Below, piece by piece: positions 7,666 through 17,536 of a stretch of 52,994 bases of DNA. Location of the stretch: positions 1 to 52,994 of IMG/VR virus record IMGVR_UViG_3300025869_000018. One strand, written 5' to 3'. Every line of letters starts with the position of its first letter. Position 1 is the stretch's first letter. Position numbers and translations under genes: made by a program. The notes beneath the pieces are model-generated. The model searched no databases. It was not told where the DNA came from and was given only the letters and a program-made list of their open reading frames with translations. Source of the stretch: a virus. Taxonomy: Duplodnaviria > Caudoviricetes.

Positions 7666-9005
7666 TGAACATATTCCAATTCACAGATGTCGAGGATAAC
7701 GACAAAGAATACAAATACAAAATACTTGTATATCCAAATATAACTTTCTTAAAAGATTTGGAAAAAGATTCTTATGTCGTTGTTCTCGGTAACATCATTA
7801 GAGAACTAAATAAGATAAGGGATGATTTATTTTTTACAATCGTATCTCCATCTCATATCAATAGTTTAGACTTTGATAATACTGAACAGATTATAGCTCC
7901 TCAGATTAGTTATCCTAATTCTATGAGAATGGCTTTTCCGTTTAAAGAAGTATTTAGTAATATTAAATGGAAAGAATCTGATTACGATATTGTTTACTCT
8001 CATTTGCCAGAACACACAGGTAATCTAAAAAATCTATTATGTAACTCTACAAATATATCACCAGTATTTATTGGTTACACGCATTGGACAGAGTTCAAAG
8101 AGATTACTAACTATGAGTATCAGGTTGGTTTAGCTTACAACATAGTTGGTCTTTTACAGATGAGTGAGTGTGGTATCAATACACAAGCTCAAAAGAATTT
8201 GGTATTGAAAAACGCTAAAGAATATTTTAATGATGATGTAGTTTCTAAATTAGATAAAATATTGCAACCACAATATCTTGGTTGGGAAATACCTAAGTAT
8301 GAAAAACAAACTACAGATAAAAATATTATTGTTTACAATCACAGGCCTCATACTTATAAAAACTATCCTTGGTTCTTAGAACAGATGGATAGGTTATGGG
8401 AAAAAAGAAAAGACTTTGAGGTGTGGGTGCCACTAGCAGAAAGTAGAGAAAGAGAATATATTACAAACGAAAAGTTTGATAGAGTAGGTTACTTCTCTAA
8501 GTTATCCTCTTGTCTTGTAGGTGTATGTTGTAGACAAAAGTATGAAGGTTGGGCTATATCAGCTACAGATGGTATGAGTGTTGGTGTACCTTATCTATTT
8601 TCAGATGATATGAGTTATCACGAACTAGCAGATGGTGCTGGTATTTATTACAAAGATGGTGATGACTTGATAGATAAGATAGAAGAATTAATAGATACAC
8701 CAGATTTAAGAAATGAATGGTCAGATAAAGCTTTGTGGAGATTTAAATTTAGTGTGTGGAATGAGGCTATACATCAGTTTAATAGTATGATTGATTACGC
8801 AATAGATGAATTACCAATGTTAAAAGCAGACACAGATTCATATAATAAAGTTGTAGACTTTATTCACAAAAAGAAATCGGTAACTAAAAAAGAAATATTA
8901 GAACATCTTGGTTGGGGTGTTAGGATATCTTTTAGCGGTTATAGAAATCGTTTAAGAAATGAACCAACAATAAGATTTACAAAAAACAGATATGAGGTTA
9001 GATAA
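7665..9005 (+). CDS. GT-B (family 4-like) glycosyltransferase with C-terminal wHTH-like extension
   Basis: YDIVYSHLPE, YNHR...YKN and EGWAISATDGMSVGVPYL sugar-nucleotide motif; basic ~55-aa tail. Confidence 0.8.
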   Translation: MNIFQFTDVEDNDKEYKYKILVYPNITFLKDLEKDSYVVVLGNIIRELNKIRDDLFFTIVSPSHINSLDFDNTEQIIAPQISYPNSMRMAFPFKEVFSNIKWKESDYDIVYSHLPEHTGNLKNLLCNSTNISPVFIGYTHWTEFKEITNYEYQVGLAYNIVGLLQMSECGINTQAQKNLVLKNAKEYFNDDVVSKLDKILQPQYLGWEIPKYEKQTTDKNIIVYNHRPHTYKNYPWFLEQMDRLWEKRKDFEVWVPLAESREREYITNEKFDRVGYFSKLSSCLVGVCCRQKYEGWAISATDGMSVGVPYLFSDDMSYHELADGAGIYYKDGDDLIDKIEELIDTPDLRNEWSDKALWRFKFSVWNEAIHQFNSMIDYAIDELPMLKADTDSYNKVVDFIHKKKSVTKKEILEHLGWGVRISFSGYRNRLRNEPTIRFTKNRYEVR

Positions 9006-9217
9006 TGTTGATATACATAATATTCAATGAAGATTACGAATCAAATGCAAAATCATTAAGAGATGCTGTAAAGGCTAAATGGTCGGATGCAAGCATAAAT
9101 ATGATGGGAACACCAAGAACACTATATCAGGTTCAAATTGACAATGAGGTAGTGTATGGTAAAGATTCGGTAACAGATAATAATTCAATAATAGACTTAA
9201 TAGAAGAGAGGGTATAA
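9005..9217 (+). CDS. Small protein, possibly Rdx/SelW-like fold without Cys
   Basis: TAATG coupling on both sides; pattern resemblance only. Confidence 0.6.
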   Translation: MLIYIIFNEDYESNAKSLRDAVKAKWSDASINMMGTPRTLYQVQIDNEVVYGKDSVTDNNSIIDLIEERV

Positions 9218-9978
9218 TGAAACAACTTACAGAACAACAGATATTAGATAATTGGAATAAGTTAATAAAACTTATTGAGGATACATTCGAAGGAGAACGT
9301 AAAGACAAACTCTTAGAAATGTATAAGTACTTTGAGAATAGAATGGTAACAGCGCCAGCTAGTGGTAAAGCAGCTTATCACAATGCTATGGTTGGTGGTT
9401 ATGTAGAACATGTATTACATGTAACTGATTGTGCTCTTAAAATCAAAAACCTTTGGGAGTCTGAAAGAGCTATGATTAACTTTACAGATGAAGAACTTAT
9501 CTTTGCTGCTATGCATCACGACTTAGGTAAAGTTGGTGATTTAGATAACGACTACTACATACCACAAGACTCAGAATGGCATCGTAAGAACAGAGGTGAG
9601 ATATTCAAACACAATCCAGCTCTTCAGTATATGACTGTAACGGATAGAGCTATATTTATCCTTAACCACTTTGGTATTAAGATGTCACAATGGGAATACA
9701 TCGGATTAAGACTAACTGATGGTATGTATGAAGAAGCTAATAAATCTTACTATATGTCTTACAATCCTGATTGGTCATTAAAGTCTAATATAGCTTATAT
9801 CTTACATCAGGCTGATATGATGGCTACACACATAGAGTTTGATGAGTGGCAAAGAGCAGATGAAGAGGTAAGTAATAAGTTTAAGAAAGCAGTTACTACC
9901 GAAGAGAAACCTCAACCATCTGAGAAGTTAAGTGAGAAATCAGCTGACTTATTTGATGAACTATTTGGAGATAAGTAA
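9217..9978 (+). CDS. HD-domain phosphohydrolase
   Basis: APAS...YHNA..GGYVEHVLHV, HHDLGK and LHQADMMA (YhaM-like HD pattern). Confidence 0.88.
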   Translation: MKQLTEQQILDNWNKLIKLIEDTFEGERKDKLLEMYKYFENRMVTAPASGKAAYHNAMVGGYVEHVLHVTDCALKIKNLWESERAMINFTDEELIFAAMHHDLGKVGDLDNDYYIPQDSEWHRKNRGEIFKHNPALQYMTVTDRAIFILNHFGIKMSQWEYIGLRLTDGMYEEANKSYYMSYNPDWSLKSNIAYILHQADMMATHIEFDEWQRADEEVSNKFKKAVTTEEKPQPSEKLSEKSADLFDELFGDK

Positions 9979-10238
9979 TGATATTAGAAATAAGTCTTGC
10001 ATGTATGGTTATTTTATTCGTAACTTCATGTTATGTAATATGGAACTTAAATGCAAAGTTAGAATCGTTAGAAACTTGGATAGAGGATTTTATCAACACA
10101 ATCGCAAAAGTTCAAGCAGATATGAAGAAGATAGATTACAAAGGTTATTTTGAAGCAGACGATGAAGTAGGACAAATATTTAATCAAATTAAAACAACAG
10201 TAAGTCAATTAGATAGATTCAAAGGAGAAGAACAATAA
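9978..10238 (+). CDS. Small membrane-anchored protein
   Basis: N-terminal hydrophobic helix; translationally coupled. Confidence 0.75.
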   Translation: MILEISLACMVILFVTSCYVIWNLNAKLESLETWIEDFINTIAKVQADMKKIDYKGYFEADDEVGQIFNQIKTTVSQLDRFKGEEQ

Positions 10239-11032
10239 TGGCAACAGCAGTTACATCAAGTATCGAAACTAAACCAGTCAAAGCTAAACCAAAAGTTAGA
10301 ATTAGAAAAACTCGTAAAACAAAAAAGAAAGGTAAAAACTATTATTTCAATCAAGGAACTGAAAAAGCTATTATCCGTTATAATAAAACGGATGACGCTC
10401 GCTTAAAGAATATAATCTACAATGAACATATCAGAGCTGCTTTCGATAAATTAGCTGAGAATATCATTCATACATTTAAGTTTTATTACTTTGATGTCGG
10501 TTCTGTAGAGGTAAAGCACGAGGTTGTATCTTTCTTAGTTATGAACATACATAAGTTTAAAGAAGGTAAAGGTAAGGCTTTCTCATACTTTAGTATCGTA
10601 GCTAAAAACTATCTTATCCTTAACAACAATAAAAACTATAAGATGGGTAAGATACACTCTGAAATGAAGGTATTAGATTACAAAAGAAATCTTATGGGTG
10701 AGAACACCACCAGCGAAACTGCCGAAAAGTCTGTTTTGTTTGTAGGTGAACTACATAGGTTTTGGGATGCTAACTTAACTAGCATCTTTCGTAGGGATAA
10801 AGATATAAGGGTTGCTGATTCAGTACTACATATCTTTCGTATAAAAGAAAATATAGAGAACTTTAATAAGAAGGCTCTTTATATCCTTATTCGTGAGATG
10901 ACAGGTTCTAATACGCAACATATTACTCGTATTATTAATGTTATGAAGAAGTATAATAAGAGGTTACTGTTAGAATTTGATAAGGAAGGTATGGTTGATG
11001 TGAGTTATACTGGCTCACTTGTAAGAGAATAA
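10238..11032 (+). CDS. Phage late-transcription sigma factor (T4 gp55-like)
   Basis: NYYF...AIIRY, KLAENII..FKF and HKFKEGKGKAFSYFSIVAKNY resemble sigma region 2 of the gp55 family; lies just before the structural module. Confidence 0.75.
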   Translation: MATAVTSSIETKPVKAKPKVRIRKTRKTKKKGKNYYFNQGTEKAIIRYNKTDDARLKNIIYNEHIRAAFDKLAENIIHTFKFYYFDVGSVEVKHEVVSFLVMNIHKFKEGKGKAFSYFSIVAKNYLILNNNKNYKMGKIHSEMKVLDYKRNLMGENTTSETAEKSVLFVGELHRFWDANLTSIFRRDKDIRVADSVLHIFRIKENIENFNKKALYILIREMTGSNTQHITRIINVMKKYNKRLLLEFDKEGMVDVSYTGSLVRE

Positions 11033-11035
11033 AAC

Positions 11036-11063
11036 AAAAAGGGAGTTTTTACTCCCTTTTTTT
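11036..11063 (+). terminator. Rho-independent terminator, potentially bidirectional
   Basis: AAAAA-GGGAGT-TTTT-ACTCCC-TTTTTTT. Confidence 0.85.
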
Positions 11064-11102
11064 GTGCCTTGTAATATTTTTACCAAAAGTTTTGAAATTG
11101 AA

Positions 11103-11110
11103 TATTTATA
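11103..11110 (+). promoter_or_regulatory. Putative late promoter TATTTATA (representative copy)
   Basis: Also at 2686, 13188, 24468 and 46405; TATTTATT at 32643 (+) and 32616-32623 (-). Each copy is intergenic and about 20-50 nt before a start codon. Confidence 0.6.
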
Positions 11111-11148
11111 TATAACAACAATTCCAATAAATATCAATGAGGTACAAT

Positions 11149-11538
11149 ATGGCAAATGATTATGAAATATTTGAGGGTAAGTCATTATCTGGTTTATTCC
11201 AAGATATATACGAAAATACCAAAACAAATAAGACTCAATTAGAAGTTCTTATGAAAGAGGTTGTTGGTTTTATAAAAGACGGTGATACTGCTGTACAGAT
11301 TATCCCTATGTTAAAAGAATATTTAGAAATAAACGTTAAAAACGATGACCAATTAGTAAAGGTAGCTGCTATAGTACAACGTATAATAGCCGCAGAGAGT
11401 AAAGGTACAGGTGAAGATGAGTATGGTTTATCTGATGCTGAGAAGGAACAGTTATTGGGTGCGATAGAAGATGCGGCTACTGATTTACAGAGCCATTCGG
11501 ATGAGATAGAAGATGACATTAAAAGGATTGAGAATTAA
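11149..11538 (+). CDS. Hypothetical helical protein
   Basis: Start MANDY after GAGG; first gene of the late module. Confidence 0.8.
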   Translation: MANDYEIFEGKSLSGLFQDIYENTKTNKTQLEVLMKEVVGFIKDGDTAVQIIPMLKEYLEINVKNDDQLVKVAAIVQRIIAAESKGTGEDEYGLSDAEKEQLLGAIEDAATDLQSHSDEIEDDIKRIEN

Positions 11539-12671
11539 TGGCATATAGAAAAAGTTCTCATATTTATAATAGGGAAGTAGACAAAACAGGCCTTACAACT
11601 TACGATGATGTTTACGGTATCTTACAAGATAACATAGATCAAATCTCTGAGTTTTACGAAATAGAACCAGCAGTAGTAACTGAAGTATTTCTTGAACCAA
11701 AAGACTTACCGTTGATAAACGCTGAAGCTAATAAGAAAATACCTAACTATTTTTACTACGGAACAATCAAAGCTAGATTTATTTACAGTCAAGATAAAGA
11801 AGATGAGATTACCGATTACATAAAACCTTTATCCTCGCATATGGTGGTTTATCCTGTAGTTGGAGAAGTGGTGAATGTAGCAACACACGGTGGACAATTG
11901 TATTACTACAAACCTCTGAACTTACGAAATAATGTAAATATGAATAGAGCTGCTGGTGCTAAAATTGATGGTGTAGTTAAGCCCGGTATTACAAAATATA
12001 ATAGAACCTTAGTTTCAAAAAAAGGTGATATAAATATAAATGGTAGGTTTGGTCAAGGAATAAAATTTAGTAGTAACGAAGACTATAGGTTTCCAACAAT
12101 AAAAATTACTAATGGACAAAACAATGATAGAAGAAAATGGAATGATGATTATTTTCCACATTTACAGAACGTTAATTTAGATGGTTCTACAATACTAATT
12201 TCTTCTGGTGAGTTAAGCAATAAAAACGATATTTTAATACCAGCAGCTAATTCTTCTTGGTGGCCTGCGAAATGGAAAACATCCATTACGGGTAATGTAA
12301 TTATGTTGAACTCTGATAGCTTAGTATTTAACGCAAAAGGAAAAAAAGGAGATATTCACATTTCTGCTACGAGAAATATCAGCTTGTCTTCTAACTATTC
12401 AGTTACTTTAGAAGGTGGTGAAAATGGGGTAATAAATTTAGGAGACGCTGACGCTACCAATCCTGTTCTAAAGGGAAAGGAAACAGAAGAATTATTTAAA
12501 AAGTTATTTTCAATTTTAACTGATTTTACAAATACTCTTGGTAGTGTAAGTGGATTTGAAGAAGTAAACGATGCTGCTACAGTAATGTTTGATAAAGTCA
12601 AAACGTTACAAGAAAATAATTTGCCTGACATTTTTAGTAAAACAGTATACATAATAGACGAAAAGGATTAG
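11538..12671 (+). CDS. Baseplate central spike/hub protein (gp5/gpV-like)
   Basis: YPVVGEVVNV OB-fold-like motif, GDININGRFGQGIKF, beta-rich C-terminal part; near gp25. Confidence 0.6.
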   Translation: MAYRKSSHIYNREVDKTGLTTYDDVYGILQDNIDQISEFYEIEPAVVTEVFLEPKDLPLINAEANKKIPNYFYYGTIKARFIYSQDKEDEITDYIKPLSSHMVVYPVVGEVVNVATHGGQLYYYKPLNLRNNVNMNRAAGAKIDGVVKPGITKYNRTLVSKKGDININGRFGQGIKFSSNEDYRFPTIKITNGQNNDRRKWNDDYFPHLQNVNLDGSTILISSGELSNKNDILIPAANSSWWPAKWKTSITGNVIMLNSDSLVFNAKGKKGDIHISATRNISLSSNYSVTLEGGENGVINLGDADATNPVLKGKETEELFKKLFSILTDFTNTLGSVSGFEEVNDAATVMFDKVKTLQENNLPDIFSKTVYIIDEKD

Positions 12672-12681
12672 GAGAATTTAA

Positions 12682-13185
12682 ATGGCTATAGCTGGTAAGC
12701 TTCTAAAGGAATTTATAGAAAACGAAGTAAATAAAAATATAAAAAAATTAGACCACGATGTCGATTGTATTGTAAAGGATTTGAGAGCGGGTAAAGGTGG
12801 TGGATTAAATATAAAAAAAACTACAGAATTTATAGAAAAATCTAAAAAAGCAATAGATACTATTGACAAAAATATGGACACTATAAATAAAATACGAAAA
12901 GCTTTACAGGCTTCTCAAAAAACAGCAGAGGCTGGTAGAAAAGCTAATGTGATAGCTTCTGCTTTGAATCCATTAACAGCTGCACTTGGGTATGCGGCTG
13001 AGTTTGTGGTTAAACAATTAGAAAATGAAGAGAAAGGATTGAGAAATGTTACTAAAGTAGTTCCAAGTATCACTACAAATTATAAGAATTTTTTATCTCG
13101 AGCTACAGCAACAATAGCAGCTGCGCTGGCGGCTAAAGCATTGAAAGAAAAAGTTAAGAAAGATAGAACAAATATGGTTGGTTAA
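12682..13185 (+). CDS. Hypothetical protein (baseplate region)
   Basis: AGGAG RBS; helical and Ala/Lys-rich. Confidence 0.75.
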   Translation: MAIAGKLLKEFIENEVNKNIKKLDHDVDCIVKDLRAGKGGGLNIKKTTEFIEKSKKAIDTIDKNMDTINKIRKALQASQKTAEAGRKANVIASALNPLTAALGYAAEFVVKQLENEEKGLRNVTKVVPSITTNYKNFLSRATATIAAALAAKALKEKVKKDRTNMVG

Positions 13186-13216
13186 TATATTTATATAAAA
13201 CAGTAAGGAGTTAGTT

Positions 13217-13696
13217 ATGGCTAAAACATCAAAATTAGTTAGTTTAATTAAAGAAATAGTTAGACAAGAAGTACAAAAAGAAGTTAAACAGATATTTATT
13301 AAGGAAGGAATGAAGTCTATGGCTCAACAAGCTACTTTAGTAGAAGATAATGTTGTAGAGGTTCTTCCTAAAAGAAAACCCAAACCTAAAGAAAAAGTTT
13401 CATATACAAAAAATCCTGTACTAAATGATATTTTAAATGAAACAGCTAATGCTGAAGAAATGGATGAATATCCAACTATGGGTGGTGGAACATTTGACAG
13501 TACAAAGATGGCACAGGCTATTGGTTATGGAAATACGATGGGTAGTGCTGAAGACAAAAGGAAAATGGGAGCAATACAAACTGCTCAAGCAGCCGGTGTT
13601 GATACTTCGAACAAAGCAGTACAAGATGTGATGGGTGATTTAACAAGAGATTATAGAGATGTAATGAAAGCGATAGATAAGAAAAAAGGTAAATGA
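13217..13696 (+). CDS. Hypothetical protein
   Basis: AAGGAG RBS and TATTTATA motif upstream. Confidence 0.8.
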   Translation: MAKTSKLVSLIKEIVRQEVQKEVKQIFIKEGMKSMAQQATLVEDNVVEVLPKRKPKPKEKVSYTKNPVLNDILNETANAEEMDEYPTMGGGTFDSTKMAQAIGYGNTMGSAEDKRKMGAIQTAQAAGVDTSNKAVQDVMGDLTRDYRDVMKAIDKKKGK

Positions 13697-14106
13697 TGAG
13701 CGTAATAGCAAACGATTTAAATGAAGATGTGTATATTGGTGTAGGGTTACCGTTAAATCACAACAAAGATGGTTTCTTTAATAGAACAAAAACATCTTTA
13801 GAACAGACAAAATCTAATATTGAAAATCTTCTACTTACAAGAAAAGGGGAAAGATTAGGTAATCCAAATTTTGGATCTAACCTGTTTGCTGTTTTATTTG
13901 AACAAGAAGGAGATGATATAGAAAGTAAAGTAGAAGAAGCTATTCGTTCTGCTATGAGTGAATTTTTACCTTTTGTAATAATAGATAATATAGAAACTAA
14001 ATTTTCTGTTAGAAATAATAACGCTATAAATGTTTCTATGCAATTTTCTTTGAACGTGGATACAACCTCTTCAGAAAATGTATCTATTGATGTGACAAAT
14101 TATTAA
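13693..14106 (+). CDS. Baseplate wedge protein, gp25-like
   Basis: NIENLLLTRKGERLGNPNFGSNL...LFE is the gp25/GPW signature. Confidence 0.9.
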   Translation: MMSVIANDLNEDVYIGVGLPLNHNKDGFFNRTKTSLEQTKSNIENLLLTRKGERLGNPNFGSNLFAVLFEQEGDDIESKVEEAIRSAMSEFLPFVIIDNIETKFSVRNNNAINVSMQFSLNVDTTSSENVSIDVTNY

Positions 14107-14117
14107 GGAGATAGGCA

Positions 14118-16091
14118 ATGCCATATTCTACACCTAAAAAATCAGTAAAGGAAGTTAGATATCTAAATAAAGATTTTACATCTTTTAAAAGTAATTTAAT
14201 AGAATTTGCTAAAATATATTTTCCAAATCAGTATAATGATTTTAATGAATCTTCTCCAGGTATGATGTTTATAGAAATGGCTTCGTATGTGGGTGATGTT
14301 CTTTCCTACTATGTAGACAATCAGTTTAAAGAAAGTTTACTGGCTTTTGCTGAAGAAAAGAAAACTATTTATAATATGGCACAATCTTTGGGTTACAAAC
14401 CAAAATTAGCAACAGCAGCTTCGGTTGGTTTAGACATATTTCAAACAGTACCAGCAACATCTACAGGAGAAGGAGATGGGTTTCAAACAAATCCTGATTT
14501 AAGCTATGCTGTAAGTATTAAAGCTGGGATGGAAGTTTTATCAGAAACAGGTGTTTCTTTCATTACAACAGAAGATTGTAATTTTAAATTTTCAAGTTCT
14601 TACGACCCAATGAATATTTCTATTTATGAAAGCTCTGGAGATACACCAGTAACTTACTTATTACAAAAATCAATTAAGGCTTCAAGCGGAAATGTTACTA
14701 CAGAATATTTTCAATTCAATGACGCTGAAAAATATAAAAGAATAGCTTTAGCTAACACAGATGTAACTGAAATTATTTCTTGTACAGATAGTGATGGAAA
14801 CAGTTGGTATGAAGTTCCTTTTTTAGCTCAAGATACTGTATTTTCGGATATGGAAAATTTATCAACCAATGATGACGAATTGTATACATATGCTGACCAA
14901 GCTCCGTATCTACTGAAACTTTTAAAAACCGCAAGAAGATTTACAACTTTTATTAGAGAAGATGGTAAAACTGAAATAAGGTTTGGTGCTGGAACATCGG
15001 ATAGTCCTGATGAAGAAATTATTCCAAATCCTGATGAAGTAGGTTCGTCTTTGCCAGGTTCACCATCCTACCTAAATACGGCTTTCGATCCTTCTAACTT
15101 TTTAGCAACTAAAGCATATGGACAAGCTCCATCTAATACCCAACTAACTATTCGATATAGATATGGTGGTGGTGTTAGTAATAATGTTAGAGCTAATAGT
15201 CTTAGAAATGTACAATTCTCAAACGTAACATTAGATGAGACTGGATTATCGACTGCTTTAGTTACTCAAACACAAAATTCTGTTGCTGTAAACAATCCTT
15301 TACCCGCGTCTGGTGGTAGAGGTGTTGAAAGCGTAGTAGAGGTTAAGAATAACGCTCTAGCTTACTTTCAAGCACAAGCAAGAGCTGTAACTAAAGAAGA
15401 TTATATTACGAGAATTTATGCTTTACCCGCAAAGTATGGTAATGTTGCTAAAGCTTACATTGTACAAGATACACAATTAGATAGTCAATCAGGAGCTAAC
15501 TCAGATAGTAGAGTTATAAATCCATTAGCACTTAACTTATATGTATTAGGATTTGATGCTGGTAAAAGATTGGCTAATGTAAATCAAGCAGTTAAAGAAA
15601 ATATACAAACTTACCTAACACAATTCAGAATGGTTACAGACGCTGTAAATATAAAAGATGCTTTTATAATTAATATAGGTGTTAGTTTTAGTTTACTGAC
15701 TAAAAGTGGATACAATAAAGAAGAAGTTGTATTACGAGCAATACAAAAAGTAAAAGACTTTTTTAACATAGACAAATGGCAAATTGGACAACCTATTGTA
15801 CTAGCCGATTTAGCATACCAAATATCTTTAACAGATGGAGTTTCTGCTGTAGTTCCACCTGAAGATAATAATCCAAATGGTTTACCTGTACTGATAAGCA
15901 ATAAGTTTAAAGAATCAGATGGATATTCTGGAAATGTTTACGACACAGCCACAGCAACTAAAGGTGGTGTGGTTTATCCGTCACTAGACCCAAGTTGCTT
16001 TGAGTTAAAATTTGCTAACGCTGACATAGAAGGTCGTGTAGTCGGTGATTCGGCTGGAAGTCCTGGTAATTCTAATGGAGGGTCTTACTAA
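14118..16091 (+). CDS. Baseplate wedge protein, gp6 / baseplate J-like
   Basis: DFTSFKSNL, YNDFNESSPG, SYVGDVLSYY, SGGRGVES, RAVTKEDY. Confidence 0.9.
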   Translation: MPYSTPKKSVKEVRYLNKDFTSFKSNLIEFAKIYFPNQYNDFNESSPGMMFIEMASYVGDVLSYYVDNQFKESLLAFAEEKKTIYNMAQSLGYKPKLATAASVGLDIFQTVPATSTGEGDGFQTNPDLSYAVSIKAGMEVLSETGVSFITTEDCNFKFSSSYDPMNISIYESSGDTPVTYLLQKSIKASSGNVTTEYFQFNDAEKYKRIALANTDVTEIISCTDSDGNSWYEVPFLAQDTVFSDMENLSTNDDELYTYADQAPYLLKLLKTARRFTTFIREDGKTEIRFGAGTSDSPDEEIIPNPDEVGSSLPGSPSYLNTAFDPSNFLATKAYGQAPSNTQLTIRYRYGGGVSNNVRANSLRNVQFSNVTLDETGLSTALVTQTQNSVAVNNPLPASGGRGVESVVEVKNNALAYFQAQARAVTKEDYITRIYALPAKYGNVAKAYIVQDTQLDSQSGANSDSRVINPLALNLYVLGFDAGKRLANVNQAVKENIQTYLTQFRMVTDAVNIKDAFIINIGVSFSLLTKSGYNKEEVVLRAIQKVKDFFNIDKWQIGQPIVLADLAYQISLTDGVSAVVPPEDNNPNGLPVLISNKFKESDGYSGNVYDTATATKGGVVYPSLDPSCFELKFANADIEGRVVGDSAGSPGNSNGGSY

Positions 16092-17218
16092 TGAATTATT
16101 TTATTTTTCCTGAATCAGATACAACCATATATCAGGCAACTGGTAGTTCTAATACTGGTCTTGATGAGATATTAGAAGTAACAAAAACTATGAGCACTGC
16201 TGGCGGTAATGTAAAAGTATCTCGTGTTTTAATTAAATTTGACATAACTGATATTTCAGGTTCTATCGTAGACGGAACTATTACAAATCCAAAATTTTAT
16301 TTAAATATGTATGACGCTAATTCTCAAAATTTAACCACATCTCAAGAATTGTACGCTTATCCTGTAAGCTCTAGTTGGGTTGAAGGTGAAGGAACGCGTG
16401 GTGACAGCCCAATAACATTAGAGGGAGCTAGTTGGAAATATAGAGATGGCTCTACAAATAAAAGTTTTTGGAGTGGTTCAGCAACTGAAGCTGAAGGTGG
16501 TGCTTGGTATGATAATTACTACGGATCACAATCATTTCAATTTGAGACATCAGATATGCGAATGGATGTTACTCCTGTTGTTAATAAGTGGTTAGATAGT
16601 ACATATGTAAACGATGGTTTTATAATTAAAAGAAGTGGAAGTTTTAATAATGAAGACACTAATACTGATGAGGGAAGTTCAGAAAGATTAGGAGAGTTCA
16701 AATTTTTCTCTAGAAATACACATACAATATATCCACCAAAATTAGAAGTAGAGTGGTTTGATGCTAAATGGAACGCAGGTTCATTATCAGCATTATCGTC
16801 AACTGAATTAGAAGATTTGTCTTTCTATATGAAAAGTTTAAGACCTGAGTATAAAGAAAAATCAAAAGTAAAATTTAGAATAGTCGGTAGGGCTAAATAT
16901 CCTACTAAATCTTATTCAAACACTAGCTCAGAATACCTAACTGTAAAAACATTACCTAGTGGTAGTGTAGAAAACATAGGCGGAGATGGTACTTACTATT
17001 CGGTAAGAGATACTCAAACTGAAGATGTTATCATACCTTACGGTACAGGCTCATTAGTAAGCTGTGACTCAACAGGAAACTACTTTAACCTTTGGATGAA
17101 TGGTTTACAGTCAGAAAGATATTACAAGTTTGAGTTTAAAGTTATTAGTGGAAGCAATACAGTCGATGAAACCGTACAATACTATGATGACGATTTCGTG
17201 TTTAAAGTTGTGAGATAG
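16091..17218 (+). CDS. Virion structural protein (baseplate region, beta-sandwich-like)
   Basis: DTTIY..., SRVLIKFD, PPKLEVEW; coupled to the gp6-like gene. Confidence 0.65.
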   Translation: MNYFIFPESDTTIYQATGSSNTGLDEILEVTKTMSTAGGNVKVSRVLIKFDITDISGSIVDGTITNPKFYLNMYDANSQNLTTSQELYAYPVSSSWVEGEGTRGDSPITLEGASWKYRDGSTNKSFWSGSATEAEGGAWYDNYYGSQSFQFETSDMRMDVTPVVNKWLDSTYVNDGFIIKRSGSFNNEDTNTDEGSSERLGEFKFFSRNTHTIYPPKLEVEWFDAKWNAGSLSALSSTELEDLSFYMKSLRPEYKEKSKVKFRIVGRAKYPTKSYSNTSSEYLTVKTLPSGSVENIGGDGTYYSVRDTQTEDVIIPYGTGSLVSCDSTGNYFNLWMNGLQSERYYKFEFKVISGSNTVDETVQYYDDDFVFKVVR

Positions 17219-17221
17219 AAA

Positions 17222-17536
17222 ATGCCATACACACAAGAGGAATTAAAAAACCTATCGTTTTATCAAAATTTAATTGATGAAGATGAGCAAAAATATTTAA
17301 ATAGAAAGGCTCTATTGACTTTAAAATCTAGCCTATCAGGTTCAGCAGACAATGGTGAGCTTGTGTATAGAGATAAAAGTGGAGCAATATTAGTTTTTGA
17401 AAATCCTTACACAAATACATTAAATGAAGATTCGAACACAAAAGTTGTGTATGATACCAAGTTAAAATTATTGAAAACAACAGCAGCTGATACTATCATA
17501 GACGAGGTATTAGATAGAGATTTTGAGGAGTTATAG
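17222..17536 (+). CDS. Hypothetical protein
   Basis: Tightly packed ORF within the structural operon. Confidence 0.75.
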   Translation: MPYTQEELKNLSFYQNLIDEDEQKYLNRKALLTLKSSLSGSADNGELVYRDKSGAILVFENPYTNTLNEDSNTKVVYDTKLKLLKTTAADTIIDEVLDRDFEEL

